DNA from: Felis catus
Taxonomy: Eukaryota
NCBI RefSeq assembly: GCF_018350175.1
Contig: NC_058368.1
Location: 75,518,001-75,582,000 of the forward strand
Direction of reading: 5' to 3'
DNA length: 64,000 nucleotides
Positions 25,677 through 38,814 of this stretch are shown piece by piece; positions within the stretch are counted from its first letter, which is position 1, and each line of letters starts with the position of its first letter. The position numbers and the translations under genes were made by a program. The notes under the pieces are model-generated. The model was not told the origin of the DNA and did no database searches. It saw only the letters and a program-made list of their open reading frames with translations.

Positions 25677-25799
25677 GAGGATGATGAAAACTTTGGTAAA
25701 AGCACACAACACAGCACAGCAGCAATGATCATTAAAATACACGACAACGGAATCTATGAGATCAGGTTAAGGGAAGAGACACTGATGAGAATGGCAAAT

Positions 25800-26008
25800 T
25801 TTAATGTTTTTAATGATTATTTTTATTTTTGGGGGGCAGAGCATGAATCAGGGAGGGGCAGAGAGAGAGGGAGACACAGAATCTGCAGCGGGCTCCAGGC
25901 TCTGAGCTGTCAGCACAGAGCCGGACGCAGGGCTCGAACCCACAAACGGTCAGATCATGACCTGAGCCAAAATCAGGCGTTTAACCGCCTGAGCCATCCA
26001 GGAACCCC
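25800..26008 (-). mobile_element. CanSINE
   Basis: TSD atggcaaattttaa. Confidence 0.95.
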
Positions 26009-26286
26009 AGGATGGCAAATTTTAACATTACTCCCACACATAATAGAAAGAAGTTGGTCCTAGTTTCTCATCTGATATGACACACAGGGGGGGAAAGGTT
26101 TAAAATAGCAAATAGAAGCTTCCAGTAGGTGAAATGTTTGAAATACTGAGAAAAATATAAAACCTGTTTGTTGGTGCTATCGTTCGGTGGTGTAAATAAC
26201 AACGACAAAAAAGGAACCGAATGGGCGTGGGGACAATGTTGTGCTGATGTTAGTTTTTAGGAAAACGCTTGGACGCTTTTGGAATG

Positions 26287-26518
26287 TAGACTTTATATGT
26301 TAAACAGTTTTAAGTTCATGTAAAACTTGAGCAGAAGGTACAGAGATTCCCTATGTACCACTCTACCTCTAATGTAAGCACAATCCCCCCCTTTCCAGGA
26401 CTCCCGCACCGGAATGGGACCTTCCCTACAAGCGAGGACCCTTCACGGACACACCCTTATCCACCCAAGTCTGTAGTGTATATCACAGTTCACTCTTGTG
26501 CATTCTATGGGATTTGGT
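26287..26518 (-). mobile_element. L1MC1-like 3' end
   Basis: tagactttat..cagttttaagttcatgtaaaacttgagcagaaggtacagagattccc. Confidence 0.75.
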
Positions 26519-26699
26519 CCCTTCTTGTTAAAAGGTAAAACACCCGCATGTATAACAGGACAGAAAAAAATACATCTTGCTGAGACCAGAGCTCAAGAGC
26601 CAGGCTGCTTAACTCATCCAGAGCCTAGGGAAGCTTTTCAGCCAGGGGGCCAAGTTTAAAGACACTTGTTGCAGAAAGCGAACAGCGTTTGCTGTTGGA

Positions 26700-26870
26700 C
26701 CGATCTCCTCTCTGGCTCTGTAACTTTGACTAACTTTAGCTAAATTGCCGTGATTCATTTTCCTTATCTCCAACCTGGAAATCATACTCAACCTCACAGG
26801 CCTTTGGGAAAGATTTAAATGCAATACTTCCTCTAACTAACCCAGCGCAAGTGGTCGTTCGGTGAATGAT
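26700..26870 (+). mobile_element. MIR fragment
   Basis: tcattttccttatctcc..cctcacaggcctttgggaaagatttaaatg. Confidence 0.55.
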
Positions 26871-27447
26871 AGGTTTCCCTACACGTTCCAAATCTCGTTT
26901 TACTCAAGATGAGGGTGATCAATCCCACGTCTGTCTTCTTCACAGTACAATGGCGAAGGTACACTGAAATGAGTCACATTATTTTATTATCATTAATCAC
27001 AGAGATCATGGGATACTGTAAGATGCCAGCCTCCAAAACAGGTTAAATTTGGCATAATGTAGACTTGCTAATAAATTTTGAGTGAGTCTCTAAACATTAT
27101 CAGAAAGCTGAAATTTGCATTATTATTACTTAGAGAAGATTATCTATTTCAAAGAAACCTCTAAATTTACCATTTTTCCCCAGTTAGGTTATTTCTATGG
27201 GACTGTCATCTGCATGGGGAAATAGGACGTAAAAGAGGCACTTTCTCTGATGATTTCTTTTTTATCTCTCAGTCTAAAGAACGTCTCTGATGTATTAAAG
27301 ACGTACCTTTAGCCATTAGCTTATGGCACACAATTTTTTTCTGAAAATTTAACATTGAAATCCAAATTTCTGCCTGTGTTTTGACTAATATCCTCCTTCT
27401 TGACAATAATTTTGAATCATATTCTATTCTTTTGATTTATCGTCTTA

Positions 27448-27570
27448 CTTTTTAAAGTTTATTTATTTATTATTTTGAGAGAGAGAGAGGGAGAGCGCAC
27501 AAGTAGAGGAGGGGCAGAGAGAGAGGGGGAGAGAGAGAATCCCAAGCAGACTCCGCATTATCACACCCAG
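27448..27570 (-). mobile_element. 5'-truncated CanSINE
   Basis: Tail and CT tract to gaatcccaagcagactcc, head missing. Confidence 0.85.
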
Positions 27571-27589
27571 GAGCTCTGATTTCTCTTAT

Positions 27590-27822
27590 TTTTTCTTTTT
27601 TTTTTTTTTAATTTTTTTTTAACGTTTATTTATTTTTGGGACAGAGAGAGACAGAGCATGAACGGGAGAGGGGCAGAGAGAGAGGGAGACACAGAATCGG
27701 AAACAGGCTCCAGGCTCTGAGCCATCAGCCCAGAGCCCGACGCGGGGCTCGAACTCACAGACCGCGAGATCGTGACCCGGCTGAAGTCGGACGCTTAACC
27801 GACTGCGCCACCCAGGCGCCCC
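27590..27822 (-). mobile_element. Young felid CanSINE
   Basis: Near-identical to the 17727 copy; TSD tcttattttttt. Confidence 0.97.
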
Positions 27823-29005
27823 TCTTATTTTTTCACCTATTGAAAGAACTTTTCTTCTACTTCTCCATCCATTTTTGCATGCATATAACAGGATCAAAGA
27901 TTTAGCGATTATGAATAACATTCAAATCCATGATTGTAATCTAGTACATATCTTCTTCATTATCCTTTGTATAGATTTACAGGATAATACAGTAAATTAC
28001 GTTATTTTCCTTGGCCTTGGGTTAATTCTATTAGAATCTGAGTTTATAATTTACACTGAAGTGAATTAATATTGGAGTGTTTGGTTGTCGTTTTAGCTTA
28101 CCATAAATAATTATCTCTATATTATTGACTGTTGACTTCTTATAAAAGATTAATGTAGAATTACTGACAAAATGGGATTCTCATCCGCTATAAAATCCCA
28201 TAAAAATTAATGCTTCCCAAGTTGTAATTTGAAAATTCAAAAGGCATTTGTGATTTAAATCTGTTAACTCTCATTATAAAACTTGTATTTCTGCTTCAGA
28301 CACGTACATGAGGGCACACACACATTTTGTGTAAGAAGCAAGAAGTGTGAGGAAATGTCTTAATGAACTGGAATAAACTATTTATGCTAATGCATTCATA
28401 CATTTTTGTGGTTGTTAACATGAATTGTGGGAATATTGAGGCACCCTGAGTCTGGATACATTTCTAAAGGTAAAATCCTTTTCTGTTCCACCTTCTGAAA
28501 AATACCCAATATGTGACTGCATATCACATAAATGGATTCGGTAAGTAAAAAATAAAAATAAAATACAATATTTTCAGACTTCTTCGCTTGGAAATGATCT
28601 AATCGAGAGGTTCACTTTAATGCATTTTTCCACGGAAGTTATAAATTATACATAACACCACATAACACTAAAGCATTAACATAACTTCACAATACAGGTC
28701 TATCACTGGTTAAATAAAAACCAAAAAAATGGAGGCTTCCTATCTGACAGATCTGACTTCGCTATGGGATTACGTATTGGCACAAATTTATTGTTAAAAG
28801 CATTTCAATACTAATTGCGTCCTAATTTTCATTTTTGTCAAATATTTGATGTATCAGTTTGTTCAGATAATTTACATATTGTCAGCATCAACCAAAAGCT
28901 TGTCTTTGTTCTCTGTATCGTAATACAGTCTGTGCCAAAATGCGCCTGTCCCCCTGTCCCCTGTCCTCAAAAGAGTAAGATATAAATATCTCAGGGTGAA
29001 GGGTG

Positions 29006-29007
<2 letters not shown>

Positions 29008-29051
<44 letters not shown>
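29008..29051. repeat. T44 homopolymer
   Basis: Direct reading. Confidence 0.95.
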
Positions 29052-29053
<2 letters not shown>

Positions 29054-32000
29054 ATTTTCTCCTTGGTTGATACAGCCTACGGGGAGGGGGCGGGCGGAGT
29101 TCTAAACTAAACTTTATAAAGGGGAGTTCTACAAAACTCTTTTCCATCCAACTTCGTCGACAATTATTCACCATTTTACTATTGGGTTTGCCTGGCTCAT
29201 AGATAAAGAAAGGAATTCTTTCCATATTTTCCATACCACACCATTATAATCTATTTGCTAAGAATGCTCCAGGGGATCTAATACTGCCTTATGTTGTGTG
29301 CTTTTAGACTGAGGACCATATGTGGTGCTATCCCAGGAAACAGCAGGGTTCAGTTACAGGGTTGGATGCTTTTTTATTTCCTTACCCTAACAGGCTTTGC
29401 ATTTATACTTTGTTGCTGTCAGTGCTATTTATTTGGAATAATTAGTATACTTTTGGTGCATTTGTTAAGAATGCTATATACAGGCATTATTTCTATGTAT
29501 CGCACTATTCACAGCTTGGTAACTTAAAATGCAGCATTCTGCGGTATGTAGCAATGTCACTCGCAAATAAATCTGAACATCAACCAAGTCTATTTTGGAA
29601 GAGGTAGACATTACTTTACTGCACAGATTGTCTGCCACCTAAAAAGGTGACTGTGGGGGCACTTTACCACACACCTCATTGGATAGATTGATAAATGTAT
29701 ATCTAAGGCAAGACTGTATGATCCATTGGGTCTGCTTTCAAAGTGACCATAATATCTTGGCTCATAACTTATAATATGAAGTGACTCTAATAATCTGAAG
29801 TGTATTCCCGAGTGCATTTAAATTTGAGTTAGCAATTCAAATTTAAAATATCTATTCTGAGGCTATTCTCCAGTCCCTAGGTTAATACAAAGACTAGGAG
29901 ACAACTGGTAGAAAAGGACTTAGAATTTCTGCTTCCTTAGAATCAGAATCTGGGAGAACAGTAGCAAATCCTTTGGGGATGTATTTGATTTGGATTTTGA
30001 TAGCCATTAATTGATCTCAGAGCATTCCCCATAATGGAAGACGACCCTCCAGGGAAGAGGAAATTACCTGAGTTTTATATCACCCGGGGGAAGGAATATT
30101 CTGACTCTAGCACCCTCTAGCCTATCTGTATGACCAAAAGAAGAAAACAAAAGAAAAGAAAAAAGCAAGCTAAGAAATACTTGTGAAGGTCACAGCCTAA
30201 GGACTCAGCTCCACTAAAAGAAAGACGAGGATTTAATCATAAGATTACAGAAAACTTCTCTCCCAGCCTTACTGCCTAACCAACAGAAACCCCATGTAAA
30301 ACATTAGATTTTAACGGAAGGGCTGGGAGACAGAGACATCTTCTAAAGAGGGTTTTCAGGAAAGTCTACAAAAATAAAGGAAAAGGAAAAGAGGATATAG
30401 GGAAATTTGAAAATTCTAGAACTAACAGCTAAAACAAGCATTAAACACAGTCAAACTCCTGGCCAAATTAACATCAAACCTCACACTAAGGGCCTAATTA
30501 CCTCAACACCTATTAACTGACATCTCGTGTCTGCTTTCAAGCAAAATTACAAAGAAAAAGGAAAACAGCATGAAGAAACAAAGCAAACATCAGAACCAGT
30601 TTCAAATATGATTCAGATGTCGGTATTATCGGACCATGAATTTAAAATAACCAATGACATACGTTCAACCTCAATGCTGATTTCATTCGTTGTGTCCAGT
30701 CTAGTAATGAGCCCACCAAAAGCGTTCTTCATTTGTGTCAAAATCCTTTTTTTTTTAATTTATTGCATTTCCTTTTGACTATTTCTTAGCCCTTATATTA
30801 ATCATGTACTCTACCATGTTGCCTACTTTTTCCATTATAGTTCTGGAACACAGACGCAAAAATCCTCAACAACGTATTAGAAAATTGAATTCAGTGATAA
30901 AGAAAAACATTAAACAGTACCTCCAAGTAAGATATATGACACATATATAAGACTGGCTTACTATTTGAGAATCAATTAATTTAAGCTACCACATCCACAA
31001 GATAAAAAAGAAAACTCATGAACATATCAATAGAGGTTGAAAAAATAGTTCAGAAATTCAAATGCCCATTCTTACTAAAAACTAGAAATAGAGCAAAACT
31101 CCCTCAACTTGATAAAACACATGTCCACAAATGTACAGCTAACATCCTACTGAATGGTGAAAAACTGCATTCTCTGGGGAGCAAGGCAAGGGTATGGTCT
31201 CACCACTCTGCTTTAACTTCCAACTGGGAGTCATGCGAGTTCAATAGACAATACATGGCAATAAAGCTATACAGATTGGCCAGTGTCATGATTTTCTCTG
31301 AAGAGAACTCCAAAAGAAAGAATGAAAAAAAAAAAAAGGAAGGATTGCTGGAATCGATAGGCAAATATAGTAAGGTTGCAGGAAACAAGGTTAACAAAGA
31401 ACAATTCATTTGCTTTTTCATATATCACCAATGAATAATTGGATTCAAAATAAAAAATAACATTGACACTAGAACAAATAATAATAACAGTAAAAACCCT
31501 ATGGTATAAATCTTCCAAATATGATCACTATGTAAGAATCTTGCCTACCACAGGTCATTAAAATATTCTGCAATGTTTTCTCATAGAAAATGTGTAGTTT
31601 TATTTTTTATGTCTGTGACTCATCTCCAAATAACATATGGTGTACTTCGTAATATTCAGGAATTCCCCCTCACATTCCTAGTTTGTTAAGGTTTTTAATT
31701 ATGAGTGAGTGTCAGATTTTCTCAAATGCTTTTTCCACATTTACAGAAATAATCATGTGAATTTTTGCCTTGTATTAATTTATTTTTGAATGTGAAGTCA
31801 ACCTTCCATTCCTGCACTATATTCTCTTAGTCATTATGGATTAGTCTTTATAAATTACTGGTATGAATCAGGACCCCAGTTCCTGTGTTTCCCATAAATT
31901 AATCGAGTTCAAGCATGATTCAGTGAAAATATTTTCCATTTTCTATCAAATTGCCTTATTGTCTCTATTAAAAAGGAAGAGACAAGTGCATGGTGTTCTA

Positions 32001-32337
32001 TTCCAAGACTTGCAGTTCTGTAACTCTGTTCCACAAATCTCTTCATTTATCCATATGTGAAATTGATACTATGTTGATATTGTGAATATACACTAAGACT
32101 TGAATTCATGAGGTGCAAGTCGTTCCATTTTGTTTTTTTTTTTCCAAGATTATGTTGGCCATTCTAGTTACTATGCATTTTCAGATAGAATTTATCAGCA
32201 CAAAAACCAACACCAAAAATTATTATAACTTTCATTAGATGAGAGAAAAATTAAATGTGAGAATTAGATAAATGTAGATAGAATTGGCATTTCAAACAAT
32301 ATTGAGTTTTCTAATCTGTATTAGAAATCTGTGTGCT

Positions 32338-32552
32338 GGGGCGCCTGGGTGGCGCAGTCGGTTAAGCGTCCGACTTCAGCCAGGTCACGATCTCGCGGTC
32401 CGTGAGTTCGAGCCCCGCGTCGGGCTCTGGGCTGATGGCTCAGAGCCTGGAGCCTGTTTCCGATTCTGTGTCTCCCTCTCTCTCTGCCCCTCCCCCGTTC
32501 ATGCTCTGTCTCTCTCTGTCCCAAAAATAAATAAACGTTGAAAAAAAAAAAA
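32338..32552 (+). mobile_element. Young felid CanSINE
   Basis: Perfect TSD agaaatctgtgtgct; intact CpGs and B box. Confidence 0.98.
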
Positions 32553-32625
32553 GAAATCTGTGTGCTTCTCCATTAATTAAGTTGTCTTTAATTATTTTCA
32601 GCAATATTTTAATGCGTACCTGTTG

Positions 32626-32630
<5 letters not shown>

Positions 32631-32675
<45 letters not shown>
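32631..32675. repeat. (TA)n microsatellite
   Basis: Direct reading. Confidence 0.95.
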
Positions 32676-32677
<2 letters not shown>

Positions 32678-33359
32678 GGATTTCATGTTTTTGATACTAT
32701 TTTAAATAGAATATTTTCAAATTTAATTTTCCAATTCTTTGTTACTAGTGCACAGAAACTCAATTGACTACGTATTGACCTTGTGTTCAATAACCTTGTT
32801 ACATTCACTTGTTTGTTCTAGGATTTCTTTGAATCCATAAGATTTTACATAAATAATCACATTACCTGCAGATAAACATTGCCCTTCTTTCCTTTCAGTA
32901 TTTATGCCTTTTGTTTCTTTTCCACAATGCATGGGCTGGGATCATCAGCCTCAGGGAGAGTAGGAACAGTAAGCATAGACATGTTTGTTCTGTGCATGGA
33001 AACCTGGGGTAAAGATTTCTTTAGATGCCAAGACGTGTTGGGTATGGATGACAGAGATTCTCAACACGGTAGCATTTGAATTTACCCTGAAAAAGTTTAG
33101 AAATTAGCTACAAGGACAAGGGGAGAGAGAAGACCAGAGAAATGCACACAGAGACATTGGGCCATTTTAGGGGAGAGGCAGAGTAGAAATTATGAAACAG
33201 TTGGTTTGCTTAGTGAAGTTCTGGATGTAAGCACAAACATTTATTCCCCCACAGATCTGTATGTACTATGTGTAAAGCATTGGCCAAGTTTTTTGCCTTT
33301 TCCTGCAAAGGTCACTCCCTTTATCTAAGCACAACACCTTCAATTCTGCTGAGATGAAA

Positions 33360-33364
<5 letters not shown>

Positions 33365-33397
<33 letters not shown>
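33365..33397. repeat. (TG)n microsatellite at the tail of the UBA52 retrocopy
   Basis: Direct reading. Confidence 0.95.
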
Positions 33398-33399
<2 letters not shown>

Positions 33400-33917
33400 T
33401 TCTTGCTCCAGTCAGGGGAAGGGAGATTTCACTGAGACCTCCAGGGCCCTGAAGCTCAGGCAGGAGACCACTTTGTGCGCAAAAGGAGAGCTGGTGGAGG
33501 GGCCTCATTTCACCTTCTTGAGGTTCAGGTAGTTGGTGCAGCCACACTTCTTATGCAGTTAACAGAGTGGGGGTGCGGTTGTATTTCTGGGCTAGCTGGA
33601 GGAGGGAAGCCGCCATGATCCCACCCCCCACCCCACCCCACAGGCCAAGGACCAGGTTCAAGGTGGACTCTTTCTGGATATTGTAGTCTGAGAGAGTGTG
33701 GTTGTCCTCTAGCTGTTTGCCCACACAAATCATACGCCGCTGGTCAAGCGGGATGCCCTCCTTGTTTTGGATTTTGGCTTTGACCTTCTCCATGGTATCA
33801 TTGGTCTCAACGTCAAGGGTGATGGTCTTGCCCATCCATCTTCACAAATATCTGCATCACCGCATCTGCCCCAAGGCCACGGCCACCAAACTACTAGGCC
33901 ACCTCCTTGAAGAGAAT
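33398..33917 (-). pseudogene. UBA52: Processed pseudogene of UBA52 (ubiquitin-ribosomal protein eL40 fusion)
   Basis: ATG at 33857: MQIFVK, frameshift, [34 protein letters not shown]; then [21 protein letters not shown] (stop 33505-33507); intronless with UTR-like flanks. Confidence 0.95.
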
Positions 33918-34208
33918 GTCCCAAGATAATTTTAAGAATATATTTTAATCACCAAAAGTGTCAGAATTTCAATAGGAGCTAAACTGAACCTTCCCAAATT
34001 AGGGCTTATACTGAAATTGCTTATACTAATGACTGAAAACGAAAAGGTACACCGTGCTAGAGTTTGTAAAGTAAAGAAAGATGAAAAAGTGAGAAAATTA
34101 AAATTTACTCAAGTTTGAAGAAATGTGAAGAAAACTGTAGCGAATACATAATCTGTGTATGAAGTAGAGTGAATATTGTGTACCAAAGGGCCACAGAAGA
34201 ATCCAAAA

Positions 34209-34275
34209 CTCTCTCCCTCCTTCCCTCCCTCCCTCTCTCTCTCTGTCTCTCTTTCTCTCTCTGTCTCTTTCTCTT
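34209..34275. repeat. (CT)-rich simple repeat
   Basis: Direct reading. Confidence 0.9.
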
Positions 34276-35864
34276 GCACACTTGCATAGGTGGGTGCATT
34301 TCTGTGTTTGTATGAATATATAATCATGTGAAGTGTGTTATATTGCAGTGTGCAACATGCTAGTTTCTTCCTTGTAGGAGCTAATTTGGGAGAAGATAAA
34401 CATGTATTGGGTGTTTTTAAAAAATATTACATAGAGAATGAATGCTATTTTAGCTAAAAGACTTGAAAACTTCCATGCCTGGTGACAAATACAGTTGTTA
34501 AATAATAACTAAGACTGTTTTCCCATTGAAGGAAGTAATTAACATCCAACTTGTGAAACATATAATTTGTGTGAGTGTGTAAATCTATACTCGTTGATTA
34601 AAACTGTAATCACTTTTTTTATGGATTTCACTTTGAAATGATTATAAAGACTTAAATGTTAGGAAATGCTATCTACATTGATATTGCCTCAGACTAACTT
34701 TCCTAGATCCTAGTCTGCAGGAAACGAGACTTTTGTAGAGAAATAAATAAAATACACCTTTTTAAAGCAATTTTACTGGCTATTTTTTGTTTTTAAAGAA
34801 GTAGCTGGTCCAAAGGTAAATGAGAATTTATTATTTTTTTAGTTCTGCTAGCACTTCTGTACTCAGATTAATTTTCACCTTAACTTTCCTTGAAACGTTT
34901 GTCCAAAATGTCCAAAAATTTACATGCAGATAAAAATCAAAACAATTTGTAATACCTTCGAATGCATTTGTTAGTTCATTCCTACGGTAAGGGAGAAACA
35001 ATTTCTGAGAGAAAATATAATCCAATGTTAGCTGGGACAGTGAGAGTTTGATGCTGAGTTAGTCCCATAAACGTTCTTATTTTAATTCTACTTCTAACAG
35101 AAAACATTTGGGAGATTTGCTTTGCATGTATGTCCTTAAAGATTGCTTAAATAACTTATGTAACATATATCGAATGCGTTTTGATATTTTCTATAATATT
35201 AGAAAACTGTTAGAAGTGCTGTGTGCTTTCCAAGGACACTTCTGTCTCTGGGTAGAGGGTATCCTTAGATGTGAAGTCTCTTCTCCCTTCCTAAAAATTT
35301 CCTCCCTACGATACCATTGAACTCCTTCCAGACACAGATTATCACTCTTGCTGTTGACATATAAGGTGAATCTTCGGGATTTACTCTCCTTTACTTTCTG
35401 CATTCAGCCAGTCCTGCAGCCAGGGCTCTGAAGAGGCCAGATAACTTGGTGCACATTGCCAAAACTTGGGAAACAACACAAGGAAAATTGGTGAATCACC
35501 CAAGTAATAATCAGCAAACGTCTGTTGTGTGCACAGACACAAAAAGACATTTTGCCAACCAGTTACGCTCCTACCAAAACATGGAACGAGGCGCGGGGGT
35601 ATATTGTTATAAAGCAGCTTACACCCTGAGAAGGAACGTCTGCGTGCTCCTCACAGTGAGAGGCTACAGAATTCGAATTTTCTTCAATGGCAGGGAATCC
35701 GGTCAGCGGTTACTTCAGGTCCGCCTTGGGGAACAGTCCAGGTTTTGCTTCCGACTTTCAGAGACACAAGCAAGGTATGACCCAGGTCAAGTCAGCCTTG
35801 CCACGTGACTCAAATGAAGCTTTGTTGATGAAACTAAAGTGGTTTGTCTGCTCGGGAAATTTTC

Positions 35865-36103
35865 TTTTTTTTTTTTTTTTTTAATTTTTTTAACATTTAT
35901 TTATTTTTGAGAGAGGGAGAGACAGAGCATGAACAGGGGAGGGTCAGAGAGAGAGGGAGACACAGAATCCGAAGCAGGCTCCAGGCTCCGAGCTGCCAGC
36001 ACAGAGCCCGACGCGGGGCTCGAACTCACGGACCTCACGGACCGCGAGATCATGACCTGAGCCGAAGTCGGACGCTTAACCGAAGGAGCCACCCAGGCGC
36101 CCC
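35865..36103 (-). mobile_element. CanSINE with internal 9-bp duplication (ctcacggac x2)
   Basis: TSD tgctcgggaaatttt. Confidence 0.97.
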
Positions 36104-36130
36104 TGCTCGGGAAATTTTCAAAGCTGGTCT

Positions 36131-36201
36131 TGTGTTTTTGTTTTTGTTTGTTTGTTTGTTTTTTTGTTTTGTTTCGTTTTTTTGTTTTGTGTTTTGTTGT
36201 T
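36131..36201. repeat. (GTTT)n-type repeat
   Basis: Direct reading. Confidence 0.9.
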
Positions 36202-37930
36202 AGCACCAATTTCATGAGCAGTCAAAACGCAAATAATTTCACACCTTACTGGACTAATTGCAAACTGACACATGCTAAAAATCAAGAAATAGAAGTGAGA
36301 AAATCGGTGTCCCTATAAATTTACGTGCTAATGCGTACATCTACTTTATCTGCGTGTTTCCAGTGCAGAACAACATTGTTTTGGGGCGCATGTATACATT
36401 GTTGTCTTTAGCCCGCTTTCTCTGGCAATTCTTGTTAGCACAATTATACTGTTGGGGGGGGTCTCTGGGATGTGAGTGTAATATGGAAAACACCGAGTCA
36501 CTGGCTGGCTGACCCACGAACAGATACCCCACTCATAAATGTAACACATAATGCATAATTCGAAGCTCCGACTCAGAAGGCAGTAAATAGTGTTAAATGA
36601 TTAATATCAATATTGACAAAGTCACCTATAATAATATGTTCTCTGTGACTCATATTTTCTTAATGGTGAATTTTAGAGGAAATTTCATTTATTACTCTTT
36701 TTTTTGTGCATAGGACAACAGATAATGGAACCATTAGGGATACTATTTCCAATATCCTCTCATTAAAGATAAATGATCACTTGTATCCTCTTATTTCTAA
36801 TAAAGAGAGAAAACTTTCCGCCTTTTCTCCACAAGGTAGACATTCAAATGATCAACTTAATCCTTAGTTCATAACAGATTCAGGAATGGTTTCGAGTCTC
36901 CTGGGAAATCTCAGGATTAAAACACATTGGAAAGACAGGGCGGACATGTGTATCACTCTCTCTCTTGAAGCCACCACCTTCTATGAAAATTCAGACTTAA
37001 TTAAAACAATAATAATAATAATAAGAAGAAGAATTAATAATAGTAACAAAAGGAGAGACCAGGACTTATTTTACATGAATTAAACCTGGCAACATTGGAA
37101 ATTTCTAAGCAACATGTTTCTATTTCCATTATGTAAGAATTCAACATTGTTAAGACATATGTGTATGTATATATGTGTGGGTTACAGAAGAGTTACCGTG
37201 GTATATAAGCATAACCTTTAGTTTTCCTTATTGAAATATAGTTTGAAAAGTGTCTAAGAACATTTAATGTTTGCTTTTGACCACAGCAGGGTGGAACTAT
37301 TATAACAGTCCTGGTCAGAGGGACCGGGCAAAATGAAGTGTCACCTGATAAACAAATAGTTGCAAAATCCGAAATCACAGAATTTGAAGGGATGAGGCAG
37401 ATTTTAAGAAGTAGGCAAAGACTTGCTTCTGGAACTCAGGTATGACTGTGGCTGTCGGCCACGCAGGTGACACAAGCCTGAGTTAAAGCCCCAGTCTTAA
37501 GAAGGCTGGATGTTAATGAGTCTCCTGAAACCTTTCTTGCTCGCGTGATCTCAGAAGCAGGTTTAATCTAATTTTGTGATGGATTAAAAATGACCCACAC
37601 GCGTTCCTCTGGGAGGCACTGACAAGCGTCCAATAGAAGATTCATTGAATCCAGAGCAGGACAGAACAGGGAGATACCACAGGAGACGCCAGGCTCTCTG
37701 CAGAGAGGAACCATCTCCTACCTCCAGAACTGGCACGGATGGAGAAGGGCCCAGCACATGGTTCTCACTGAAAAAAGGCAAAAATTCAAGAGAATAGTAA
37801 GCAGGCAAACACTTAGAAAAGAGCTGACAAACAGAAAAGAGAACACTCGGGTTGCCTTTTTTTTTTTTTTTTAATAACAAAAATTTGCTATTAAAGAGCT
37901 TAAGATCTATCTCATTTAAATGCAAAATAG

Positions 37931-38105
37931 AGGGCGCCTGGGTGGCTCAGTCAGCTAAGTGTCCGACTCTTGGTTTTGGCTCAGGTCATGATCTCCCCGT
38001 TCATGAGTTCAAGCCCCACATCAGGTTCTGCTCTGACAGTGCGGAGCCTGCTTGGGATTCTCTCTCTCTCCCTCTCTCCCAAAATAAATAAACTTAAAAA
38101 AAATT
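37931..38105 (+). mobile_element. CanSINE (older, short CT tract)
   Basis: SINE head and A tail. Confidence 0.93.
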
Positions 38106-38814
38106 AAGTGGTAAATTAAAGAAAATAAATGAGAAATACAGGGTGTTAAAGTGGTTAGATTTTTAAGCCTATTAAAATATTTCCAAAGCAATTTCTATAG
38201 ACCGTAAAAGCTCTCACACCTCAGAAGCCATCAGCTACCCAGAAACATGGCACCATTCCGGCCCCACCTTAACGTGAACATACCATGTTCGTTCTCTTCT
38301 CTGGAGTTTTCAGTTTGCTTTCCAACTGCTATTCCACATGTTCCCATAGGAAAAGTGCATGCTCGGAACCTGTTTGCACCATGGAGGAAAAGTGACGTCT
38401 CCACAAGATACGCTTGCCCCAGGGACAGGGAGAGGCTCCCCAATTCTTCAGCCGTGCTCATGCCAGTGGGAATCCGGAAGTGTGTATACAGATGGGACCC
38501 TCTCACCCACTCCACTGGTCTATTTCTATGTACTGAAATACACAGGCACATCATACACGATAAGCAATCCCCTCCACCCTGCTTCTGTGAATGGCCCCCA
38601 GTGCCCAAAATGAACGCGTGTTACTTTACTCATTAGAAATAACTTCTTTTAAACATGTCTAAGTGAACTTTATATTCATCCATCAATGCCCAGGTTGAAA
38701 TTTATTACTCCTAGAATGCCTTTCTAATTTTCTTCTGTATCTAACTTTGTATGAAACATCATGCCCCAAGAACTGTCTATCTTATATTATTATTTATATG
38801 TGCCCAGGTTTCCT

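Larger units (their letters stand above)
30020..33000. mobile_element. Mosaic of old L1 fragments in alternating orientation
   Basis: + 5' region (~30020-30655), - segment (~30660-30840), + ORF2 (~30845-31530; HMNISIEVEK, ANILLNGEKL, YSKVAGNKVN), - ORF2 (~31535-33000). Confidence 0.75.

Noticed and set aside
33551..33835. Functional ubiquitin CDS
   Set aside because: Frameshift after codon 6, many substitutions in a near-invariant protein, LRGG destroyed; treated as a pseudogene
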